A DNA stretch of 34,263 bases from Octopus bimaculoides. Taxonomy: Eukaryota. The DNA lies in assembly GCF_001194135.2 (NCBI RefSeq), contig NC_068993.1, forward strand, positions 28,549,989-28,584,251. The letters are read 5' to 3'. The notes under the pieces were generated by a model, which saw nothing but the letters and a program-made list of their open reading frames with translations, ran no database searches and had not been told where the DNA came from. A program made the translations under genes and the position numbers. This document shows, piece after piece, positions 9,742-20,465 of the stretch (positions are counted from its first letter, which is position 1; every line of letters begins with the position of its first letter).

Positions 9742-10180
9742 CCTGCGATGAATTTTTCTTGTCTTTTGAATCAATTTTTGATCCCGGTTAGACGTAAGTC
9801 GCATTGTTATACGTGTTGAAAGTCTCCCCGCGCGGGTAAGGGTTAGGGTTAGGTCTCCTCGCGCGGGTAAACCTATGATTTAAATCGTTAAATTTGTTGA
9901 ATTACTGTTGCTGTTTTTGCCTGCGGGCTTGTCATTTTGTATTTGTTTTCTTCCCCATTTATGAGTGAAGTGAGATGGAACAGGAACCAGTCGCCAGTTA
10001 TGCATCAGCTACAACAAAAGGTTTAAATACTAACACCCTGGAAGTTCGAGAGGTCAAGATAGAACCAAGAAAATGGAAAGAATGCAGTAAACTGATAGAT
10101 AGTGAAAGAGCCAGTTTGAAGCTGACCCCACCTGAGGAACTAATCAATAATATAGCAAGGACAGTGGTATACAGATTCTG
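9742..10180 (+). mobile_element. Unit A2: 5' UTR + ORF1 N-terminus of family A, 3'-truncated
   Basis: 9975-10147 aligns to A1 9225-9397 with 11 differences in 173 nt. The 5' UTR aligns with that of A3 (gtaagtcg...tgttgaa.gtctcccc...ggtaaaccta...aaatttgttgaa.tt). Confidence 0.8.
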
Positions 10181-11441
10181 AAGTAAGTCGTTTGTTTGTT
10201 TTACTTGTTGAAGGTCTCCCCCGTGTTGGTAAACCTAGGCTCTGTTAAATTTGTTGAAGTTTGAACTATTGTTGCTGTTTTTGTCTGTTTTTATATTTGT
10301 TTTCTTCCCCAATTATGGGTGAAGTGGAGAAGAAAGGAGAGATGGAAAACGAACCAACTGGAAGTTACGCATTAGCCACGAGTAAAGGAGTATCTACGAA
10401 CGCTCTGGAAGTAAGAGAAATTAAGATAGAGCCCAGAAAGTGGAAGGAGGGCAATAAATTATGATAAAGGGAAGGAGCTAGTTTGAGGCTGAATCCTCCG
10501 CAAGAATTGACTAACAAGGTGGCGAAGAGGACAGTGGTGTACAGAACGCTATCCACTTCCTCTAGAAAGATAGAGGTTGCCGCAATAGAGGCTATCGAGG
10601 AGTGCCACGAGAACGTAAAAGGTTTACCATATTTTATTATACGCGTGGAAGGAAGTACGGCACAGTGGAAGTAAGGTTTAGCAACGAAGAAGATGCAATA
10701 AAGCACTCCACTGTGCCGATAAGGACACTGGAATGAGTACTTCTGCCCATTTACTGTGGCAAACACGTCGCCAGAGTAAGAATTGGCAGAGTACCCACCA
10801 ATATTAAGGAAGCATGGCTGGTGGCAGCAGTCAAGCACAGAATGGAGGATGAAGTAAAAATCTTAAAGATTACGAGAACTAAAATGGTTAATTGTTGGGG
10901 TTATGGCCTCGAGATGGCCGTACAAGCGAGCCTAAAAGATTTGTACGAGATCACAGAGGAGATCATTCTCCCAGAAGACGTCAGACTAAGAGCAGAAAAT
11001 TGAAGAATGGAGTACCGAAGTGGTAGTGCCGGAAAGGGAGAAAGATAGAGTGGAGGAATCATTGACCGTCGTGAAAGGGAGGAAAAGGAAAGAAAGGGTG
11101 AGTTCTCCACCAGAGAATTAGAAAAGTATGAAGGAGATTGAGATGGAGGAGAAAAGGAACACCAGCAGAATCAACAGTGGAAGGCAGGGTGGCAGCAGAA
11201 ACATCATTGCAATACGATGTGGAAAGTTGAAGTATGAATATTTGAAACCCTTAATGAACTGTTAAAAAGTAAAGTAAGTAAAATTTTATCTAAAAAAAAG
11301 AGAAAAAATTTACTTTCAAAATAAAAAAAAAAACATGTCAAAAAAAACGAGAGAGTGTAAGAAAGATTTGTTAATTTGTGTAATTTAACTGTTAAATGGT
11401 ACTGCTTGAGAGTGGGGTTCAATGCAGCCATTCCACCATCA
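10181..11441 (+). mobile_element. Unit A3: near-complete ORF1-only element (family A), decayed
   Basis: ATG at 10315. RRM-like blocks KRTVVYR / RGRKYGTVEVRFSNEEDA / LLPIYCGK..RIGRVP..AWLVAA, across stops and frameshifts. No CCHC and no APE/RT before the family-A 3' end at 11441. Confidence 0.8.
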
Positions 11442-13240
11442 GTTTTCAGCGTGAACAGACTTGTTTTTGCTTTGCTGCGGTTTTTTTGTGCGAAACCACC
11501 TTTGTTTGGTGGTAGTGAATAATTGTGAAGAATGAGAAGTTAAGCAGAAGCTACAGGAGGTCGAGTTCCCCTGGACCCAAGTGTGCTGAAACAGGAGATG
11601 TTTCAGTGCAACAGAGAGCTGATAGTAAAAATAGTAATATGGTAGAGAAGGAGGGGTCAAATATAAAACTGACCCTGCCAGAGGAGGAAAAAAGGAAAAT
11701 GGAAAAGAAGACGGTAATATTCAGGACATCTTCAAATAAAAACAGAAAAAGTGAAAACACGCCGCAGAAAGAAATAGAAGAAATTTTGGAAAGACATATA
11801 GGAGACAACAGAGCGTTCTTTACGAGAGGAATGAGATTTGCGACTATAGTGGTAACCTTTGTATCAGAGGAGGAGGCGGAAAACCCTCCAAGAGGATGAT
11901 ACAGGGAGAGAAATGGACATTGTTGTCAAACTGTTTGGCTAAACGAATTGTTAGAATTAGGGTGGGAAGAATCCTACCGTGGATAGAACTGGAGTGGATA
12001 ATAGCGGCAATTTTTTTATCAGAGATAAGGAGGCAAACAGCGAAGAGGTGAGGATGGGCATAATAAGCCTGACCCAACATGTGAAGTGTTGGGGCTACGG
12101 AATAGAGGTAATTTGTGCAGTGAGCCAGAAGTATTATGACGAAATACCTGAAACTTTAGAGCTACAAAATGAAGAAAAGTTGGAGACAATGTTGGAGGGG
12201 AGGCCCCCAAAGTGTTACGAATGTGGTGAAAGAGGGCACTTTAGAAAGAGATGCCCTAGAGCAGCAGTGGAAATCGTAGAGGAGAGTATTCAGTAAAATA
12301 TAATGGTGGAGAAACAGCAGAATTAGATAAGAGAACAAGTTAGTGATTTTGCGGGGGTGAAATGAAGAAAAAGAGGGAGGAAGAGGTCACCAACGATAAT
12401 GGAACAGAAAAAATACAAAGCTATGGAAGAAGTAATCCAACCTACAACGAGAAGCAGGAAAAATTCGCCAGTAGGGTCACCAGTGGAAAATGCTACAGAT
12501 AGGGATTCATTACCGAGCAAAAGCATGTACAAGTACATAAACATTCAGACCAACAGACACACTGACACACAGACGAAACACGAAGATTTACAGCCACACA
12601 AACACACGGACACACAAACACACAAACATAAAGTCAAAGAGAAGCATAGACAGTCAATCACAGGATAGCGTAGAAATACAGTCACAGTCACAAAACACAG
12701 ACATGCAAGTCACACACAGAAATAAGGTTTTTCTAGTGAAATATAGGACAACCCAAAAGTTAGAGAAAAGTTTCAAAAATGAAAGGTATTGTAAAAGTGA
12801 ACTTAGAAGAAGGTTACGACAAGAGTATGATGTGTGTCCTAACGGATGATGGAAAGTATAACGCTTTGAAGGAAGCCTTACCTTCGGACGTGAACCCACT
12901 GGGGCTGGAGGTGCATATTGAACCTAGTGCCTCGATGGAGGATTGTGTTGACATAAAAGAGAAGATAAAATGGTAAGTTATGATTTGCTTTAAAGACTGC
13001 GGAAAGACTCGTACAAACATTTGGTTAAACTTTTTGTTAAAAAAAAAGTAAACACTGCAACCATCTCGGTTAAATGATTATTGGTAAAAACGTTTTCGTT
13101 AAAATGTAAGGTTAAAAAGAAAAAGAAATTCACAGTTTCATCTCGGAGCGAGGCCGAGATGGCCGTCTCATTTTCATTCCTTTTTCAGGTGTTTTTTGTC
13201 CCCGCATGTGTGTATGTCCCTTCTGTGTTCGCCCCTTGTG
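11442..13240 (+). mobile_element. Unit B1: ORF1-only L1/Tx1-like element (family B)
   Basis: ATG at 11532. RRM-like TRGMRFATIVVTFVSEEEA, CCHC knuckle CYECGERGHFRKRC (12213-12254), C-terminal ORF piece 12779-12976, then a ~260-nt non-coding tail with the LINE-type tgtccc..ccttgtg motif. No ORF2. Confidence 0.82.
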
Positions 13241-15098
13241 ATTTTGAGTTGATGCGGTTTTTTTGTGTGAAACCACCATTGTTTGGTGGTAGTGAATTGT
13301 TGTGAAAAATGAGAAGTTATGCCGAAGCTACGGGAGTTCGAGTTCCCCTGGACCCAAGTGTGCTGAAACAGGAGATGTTGCAGTGCAATAAAGAGATGAT
13401 AATGAAATATAGTAAGATGGTGAAGAGGGAAGGATCAAATATAAAACTGACCCTGCCAGAGGAGGAAAACGGAAAATGGAAAAGAAGACGGTAATATTCA
13501 GAACATTTTCAAATAAAAACAGAATTGAAAACGCGCCGCAGAAAGAAATAGAAGAAATTTTGGAAAGACATAGGAGACAGCATAGTGTTCTTTACGAGAG
13601 GAAAGAGATATGCGTCTGTAGTGGTAACCTTTGTATCAGAGGAGGAGGTGGAAAATCCTCTAAGAGGATGTTACAGGAAGAAAAATGGACATTACTACCA
13701 AACTGTTTGGATAAACGAATTGTTAGAATTAGGGTGGGAAGAATTCTATCGTGGATAGAACCAGAGTGGATAATAGCGGCGATTTTTATCGGAGAGGAGT
13801 ACAAGATGGGCATGATAAGCAGGACCCAACATGTGAAGTGTTGGGACTACGGAATAGAGGTAATTTGTGTAGTGAGCCAGAAGCATTATGAAAGAATACC
13901 TGAAACTTTAGAGCTACCAAACGAAAAAAATCTGGAGATAATGTTGGATGGTAGGGCCCCCAAAGTGTCACGAATGTGGTGAAAGGGGGGCACTTAAGAA
14001 AGAGATGTCCGAGAGCAGTAATGGAAATTGCAGAGGGTAGAATTCAGGAGTGTATAATGCTAGAGAAACAGCAGAATCAAATAACAGAACAACAAAGTAA
14101 TTTTGTGGAATTAAAAGCAAGAAAAAAAGAGAGGAGGAGATCACCGACGATAATGGAACAGAAAAAAAAGCCAAGTAAGCCAACCTACAACGATGAGCAG
14201 GAAACGTTCGCCAGTGGGATCACCAGTGAAAAGTGCTACAGAAAAGAATTCATTTCTAAGCAAAAACAAAGACTTTCAAGCACATAAACACTCAGAATCA
14301 CAGACACATAAGCACACAGACCTGCAGACATACAGAAATATAGACAAGCAGACACAGGATAACTCAGTATCACAGAAGCCTAAAAGCACGGACACACAGA
14401 CGAAGCACGCAGATTTACAGTCGCGCAAACATACAGACTCACAAACACACAGACATACAGTCACAGAGAAGCATAGACAGACAAACACACAATAATGCAG
14501 AATTACACAAACAGAAAAGTGCAGAGTCACAAGTTTTTTCTGGTGACATATACGATAACCCAAAAGCTACAGAGAGGAATTTCAAAATTGAAAGACACTG
14601 TAAAAGTGAACTTAGAAGAAGGTTACGACAAGAGTATGAGGTATATCCTAATGAATAATGAAAAGTATAGCGCTTTGAAGGAAGCTTTTCCTTCGGACGT
14701 GAATCCACTGGGGCCGGAGGTGGATATTGAACCTAGTGCCTCGGTGGTGGATTATGTTGACATAAAAGGAAGATAAAATGGTAAACTGTGAAAAGACTCG
14801 TACAAACATTTGGTTAAACATTTTGTTTTAAAAAAAGTAAATCCTGTAACCATCTCGGTTGAATGAACATTCGTAAAAACTTTTTCGTTATACTGCAAGT
14901 TTTAAAAAAGGCAATCACGGTTTCATGTCCGAGCGGGGCCGAGATGGCTGTTTCATTTTCATTGTAATTATATTCCTTTTCATTGTAATTATATTCATTT
15001 TCATTCATTTTTCATGTGTTGCTTGTCCCCGCATGTCTATGTATGTCCCCTCTGTGTTTGGGCCTTGTGCCTCGAATAAAATTCATTTCATCATCATT
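13241..15098 (+). mobile_element. Unit B2: second ORF1-only family-B copy with a complete 3' end
   Basis: Colinear with B1 (offset ~1777 at the ATG, 13309). Knuckle CHECGE/GHLRKRC is frameshifted in a G-run. AATAAA at 15075-15080 and catcatcatt at 15089-15098. Confidence 0.85.
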
Positions 15099-15305
15099 TA
15101 TTTGTGTTGGAAGTTCGATTTTCTCTCTTTGGATTTTCGGATTACTTATTTGTGCAAGTGAGCGTTACACTTTTCTGTTTTTGTCGTTAAATATATTGTT
15201 GAATTTCTGCGTTTGGAAGATTTTTTAACGTTATTCCCCTCTTTAGGGAGGGGAATTATTTATTTTCTTGCGTAAGGGATTCTTCCCCCCACCCCCCAAA
15301 AAACT

Positions 15306-16467
15306 ATGAGTTGCAGCTCAGTTGCGGAAACCAGTGTTAAAAAAGTGCCTTCTGAAAAAGTGTTAAACATGCCGTCAGGCGAAGAATTTATTAACGGAAA
15401 AAAGGAAGNNNNNNNNNNNNNNNNNNNNNNNNNNNNNNNNNNNNNNNNNNNNNNNNNNNNNNNNNNNNNNNNNNNNNNNNNNNNNNNNNNNNNNNNNNNN
15501 NNNNNNNNAAAAAAATAAATTGTTTTTCAAAGTTTGAATGTTAAAACCAAAAAGTTAGACAAAGCATCAAGAGAGGAAGTCGAGAAATGCTTACAATCAA
15601 TATGGTCGGGCATTGCTTTTATTACTAGAGGTCGAAAATTTGCGACCATAATTGTTCACCTAAAAAGTGAAGAAAGGGCGAAGGAGCATTCGGTCAAACC
15701 TTTAAAAACAGCCGAAATAGTGCTCCTACCTACTTATTTAGTTAGACTGCCTCGAAAATCACAGTTGAGGAAATACCACCGGAAATCGATGTGTCATGGC
15801 TCTGCGCTGCTCTAATTATGGGCTTCGAGGAAAAAATAATTCTTGAGGCTACTAAAATAGAGCAGCAACATTGGAAAAGTCAGGGGCTGGAAATCACAAT
15901 TCAAGCAGCCCAGAAAACTCTCGAAGAGATTGCAGAGAACATTGTGATTAAAGATGAAACAATGTTAAGGGTGATGGTGCTTCGAATGTGGCGAAAAAGG
16001 CCACATTCGGGCAGATTGCCCCGCCCTAAAATAAGAAACAGCACCGCCAGCAGAGTCTCCAACACAAATCATAGAAGAGGAGACCATAGCAATAACCGAG
16101 AAGACGGGAAACAAAGATGAATGGACTAACGTAACCAATAAAAAGAAGAAAGTCCCTAAAAGAAAAATTACCAACCCCACCCCTTCAACTTCCAGCTCCA
16201 TCAAAAGAGAAACTCTCCACCCGCAGACTCACACGACACACAAACACCCCCTTCAACCCAAACACGAACAAAAAAAAAAAACCTGTAAAATCTACCCCTC
16301 CCAGTCCCGAAAAATATTTCCCCTCCAAACTAAAAACGAGCTTGAAAGTAGTGAATTGACAAACTAAAAAGAAATTCAACTGCGAACGAATATACCAAAC
16401 ATTATAATATTCTTCCGGAAGGGATTGTAATTTATGAAATTGACAGAGACAGTTATAATTTATTACA
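15306..16467 (+). pseudogene. ORF1 (RRM-like + CCHC knuckle) of LINE-1
   Basis: FITRGRKFATIIVHLKSEERAKEHS..LLPTY..SWLCAALIMG; CFECGEKGHIRADC at 15978-16019. Frameshifted; the end is lost in a gap. Confidence 0.82.
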
Positions 16468-16629
16468 NNNNNNNNNNNNNNNNNNNNNNNNNNNNNNNNN
16501 NNNNNNNNNNNNNNNNNNNNNNNNNNNNNNNNNNNNNNNNNNNNNNNNNNNNNNNNNNNNNNNNNNNNNNNNNNNNNNNNNNNNNNNNNNNNNNNNNNNN
16601 NNNNNNNNNNNNNNNNNNNNNNNNNNNTC

Positions 16630-19600
16630 ATGGTTTCACTCACAGTAGAATGTTTAAATGTTCGTGGCTTGGGGTCGGATTGGAAGCAAGGTCGCTTTCA
16701 TAATGACCTCAGGTCACATAGTCTTGATGTGTTAGTGGCCATGGAGACTAGACTGAGTGGGTTGCGGGCCTTTTCCCCACTCCTGAACGGCTACGAGAAA
16801 TTTATTTCTCCATGCCAACTGGGGGGAGGGGTGGTGTTGCAATCTTACTCAGGAAAAACCTGGTTTCCGAGACTAGAAGACCGGAAGGCAGGTTGGTCGT
16901 CCTTGACGTGACAGTTAGTGGTAAGACTTTCAGGCTGGTTGGTGTCTATGCCCCCTCCAAAGCTGGGCAATCTGATTTTTTTAGAAGCCTAGAAAATTTC
17001 CTAGGCATGTCTCACACTTTAATACTCTTAGGTGACTTTAACACAATCTGCGATGCACGCGTAGACTGTGTTGGCTCCAAATAGAAGAGGTACCCATGCC
17101 TCACCGATCTGCTCAGTCGCTTTCAGCTGGCAGATCGGTACAGACTAAAATTTCCGAACGCTCCGGTGTGGACCTGGACGAATAGCGACGGATCTTCTAG
17201 ATCTTATTTAGATAGAATTTTAGTTAGTCGGAAGGGCAATGAGACAACTTGTCCACAATTCCACTTTGTTAGCTACAGCAACCACAAACTTGTGTCCTGT
17301 AAGCTGGTTTTAGATAGGATATGTAGACAAGGCCCCTGCTACTGGAAACTCAATAGGTCGCTTTTGGCCTGTGAGGAATACAGGAACCGGATTAGTCAGT
17401 TAGAGAAGAGGGCTCTCACAGGCGCCATTATTAACAACAAATGGTGGAGAGCCCTCAAAAGAGCCATAAAAATTGAGTCAATTAGATTTAGTAAGAAATT
17501 AGCTGCTAAGAAGAATAGAATAGAAAGGGACTTAGTTAAGTTCCTAGAAGAGGCATTGGAGAGAGGCAGTGCAGCCCAAGTGTTGGCATCGAGATTAGCA
17601 CTCAAGCAACACCTCAAGGCTAAACACGAAGGTTGCATTGTCAGGTCTAAGGTTCGTACAATGGGTCGAGAAGGAATCAATGCTGCGAGATGGGCCCATG
17701 TGGTAGAAGCCCAGCATGGCAACGATGCCAGAATAAAGTCTATGATGGACAACCAAGGACAACTGATAAACGAACACGAGGAGATGTGTAGGATTTTTCA
17801 CGAGCATTTCGGCCAGATTTTCAGGAGGAGCGGCGGACCGGAGCGCAGGGTGGACCCTACGAACTTCCTCGCCAGTTTGCCGCGTCCCTCGGGGCAGGAA
17901 GCGGAATGCTGTGAAGGACCGATCAAAGCTGCGGAAGTAGAGGACGTTTTGTCGGATTGTCGTGGAGACAGGTCGCCGGGACTGGATGGTCTTCCCTACG
18001 AATTCTATTATGCCAGACTTGTTTGGGCACCTACTGGCTTGTGTTTTTATGAACTGGCAACAGAATGGGTTAATCCCCAGATCTGTGAGTCGGGGAGTAC
18101 TGACGCTGCTTAGAAAGGACCCAAACAAGGGGGACATTATAGATAATTTTCGGCCCATCACTCTGCTTAACACAGAGCTGAAGATTTTGGCCAAGGTATT
18201 AGCAAAAAGATTGGCGCGGGTCGTGGGTGGACTAGTCGGGGAGGCACAAACCTGTGCCGTCACGGACCGGCCCATACACGACGATCTCCATCTTATACGC
18301 TATACCTGAGAGCGGGTTAATAGGGTTTCTGGCAAAGGTGGGGTGATGATACATTTAGACCAGGATAAAGGTTTCGATAGGGTCGACCATCGGTATCTGG
18401 TGACGGTTCTTGCGGCAGTCGGGCTGGGCCCACTCTTTCGCGGTTGGATCATAGCTTTAAACAGCAACATCGACTCGATCGTTCGAGTGAACGGTTTCTT
18501 TTCGGAGCCGTTCTNNNNNNNNNNNNNNNNNNNNNNNNNNNNNNNNNNNNNNNNNNNNNNNNNNNNNNNNNNNNNNNNNNNNNNNNNNNNNNNNNNNNNN
18601 NNNNNNNNNNNNNNNNNNNNNNNNNNNNNNNNNNNNNNNNNNNNNNNNNNNNNNNNNNNNNNNNNNNNNNNNNNNNNNNNNNNNNNNNNNNNNNNNNNNN
18701 NNNNNNNNNNNNNNNNNNNNNNNNNNNNNNNNNNNNNNNNNNNNNNNNNNNNNNNNNNNNNNNNNNNNNNNNNNNNNNNNNNNNNNNNNNNNNNNNNNNN
18801 NNNNNNNNNNNNNNNNNNNNNNNNNNNNNNNNNNNNNNNNNNNNNNNNNNNNNNNNNNNNNNNNNNNNNNNNNNNNNNNNNNNNNNNNNNNNNNNNNNNN
18901 NNNNNNNNNNNNNNNNNNNNNNNNNNNNNNNNNNNNNNNNNNNNNNNNNNNNNNNNNNNNNNNNNNNNNNNNNNNNNNNNNNNNNNNNNNNNNNNNNNNN
19001 NNNNNNNNNNNNNNNNNNNNNNNNNNNNNNNNNNNNNNNNNNNNNNNNNNNNNNNNNNNNNNNNNNNNNNNNNNNNNNNNNNNNNNNNNNNNNNNNNNNN
19101 NNNNNNNNNNNNNNNNNNNNNNNNNNNNNNNNNNNNNNNNNNNNNNNNNNNNNNNNNNNNNNNNNNNNNNNNNNNNNNNNNNNNNNNNNNNNNNNNNNNN
19201 NNNNNNNNNNNNNNNNNNNNNNNNNNNNNNNNNNNNNNNNNNNNNNNNNNNNNNNNNNNNNNNNNNNNNNNNNNNNNNNNNNNNNNNNNNNNNNNNNNNN
19301 NNNNNNNNNNNNNNNNNNNNNNNNNNNNNNNNNNNNNNNNNNNNNNNNNNNNNNNNNNNNNNNNNNNNNNNNNNNNNAAGTGTGACGATGCGCTGGGGGA
19401 AACTAGCCAGCCTGTTCTAAAGGACGTTCGGGCCGGGACCTTTGGATAACTTCCAGAGGTCCCTCGCCTGGCAATGTTGCCGAAGAGCCTTACCAGTTCA
19501 CGACAAACTCGCAAGGCACAGTGCCTCATGCTTACCCACCTGTCCGAGATGTGGGCGGGACAGTGAAACTGTTTCGTACGCAATTTGGCAGTGTGCGAGG

Positions 19601-19942
19601 ATTTCAGAGCTGTGGGTTTACGTCGAACGACTGATGTCTCGGCTTGGAAAAGTACAGCTGTCGTCCGAGTCTGTTATGAAGATCGTTTCACCTCCCTCAC
19701 TGAGCAGAGAAAGTAAGGTTTGTTTTCTCGTTGTGGTCGCTACAGCGAAAGAGGCAATATGGAGGACACGGACGAAAGGATTGGTGACAGACACTTTCAT
19801 TTCTGGCCAAGGCTTGATTAACTTTTTTGTCCTCCTTCTACGAAGGAAGATAAGGCTAGAAAAGAAATGCTTGTCATCGAACAGGTTTGGTAAAAGATGG
19901 ATGCAAGTGGTTCGCATGTTGGGAATGAATGGTCCTACGTGA
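16630..19942 (+). pseudogene. ORF2 (AP endonuclease, reverse transcriptase, C-terminal Cys/His motif) of LINE-1
   Basis: MVSLTVECLNVRGL; METRL; VYAP; LGDFN; WTW..SYLDRIL; PGLDGLPYEFY; NFRPITLLNTELKILAK; LDQDKGFDRVDH; CPRCGRDSETVSYAIWQC. Several stops and frameshifts; the RT catalytic motif falls in gap 18515-19377. Confidence 0.92.
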
Positions 19943-20465
19943 GTGCTATTCATGAAAAGTTAAAACAAAAGGCTCAGTGGTGGAACGTGTCTTGCAGGGT
20001 CGGAACAGTTCCCCCACTCCATTGTGTTGTGATTTTGTCTGTCCCTTCATTCGATTTATATTGTCGTAAATTTTTAACTGCATTTTTCGATACTCTGACC
20101 TCGAATTCATTTTTGTACTGTCCCCTCTTTGTTTGGTCCTTGTGGCTCGAATAAAATTAATTTCACCATCATTTGGCTTGTTGGATTATTTGCTTCTGAA
20201 AGATTTACTGTGTTACGTTTGTTGGATTATTGTTTTTTATCGTGATGGTGAATGTGTTTGTTTTTACGGATTGTTTTCTCTTGTTGAAGAACTGTCCATT
20301 GCTTTTTGAAGCAAGCTTGTTTTAATTCCCCTCTGCGGGGGAATTATTGTTATTCTTTGTGCTGATTTAAGCCAATTCTGTGGGGCGTAAGTCCAAATTT
20401 TTCTGTGGGGCGTAAGCCCAAAATTGTCTGTGTGCGGCATTCAGCCGAAAAATTGCGAATCATCT

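Larger units (their letters stand above)
15099..20173 (+). mobile_element. LINE-1 of the stack: full-architecture L1/Tx1-like non-LTR retrotransposon (decayed, 3 gaps)
   Basis: 5' UTR, ORF1, ORF2 (APE-RT-zf), 3' UTR with AATAAA at 20150-20155 and caccatcatt at 20164-20173. Confidence 0.92.

Noticed and set aside
9834-9853. gggtaa-gggtta-gggtta-gg telomere-like repeat in the A2 5' UTR
   Set aside because: Only about 3 units, lying between a short local duplication (tctcc.cgcgcgggtaa) and absent from A3. The flanks look interstitial, so there is no support for a telomeric array despite the HeT-A/TART analogy.
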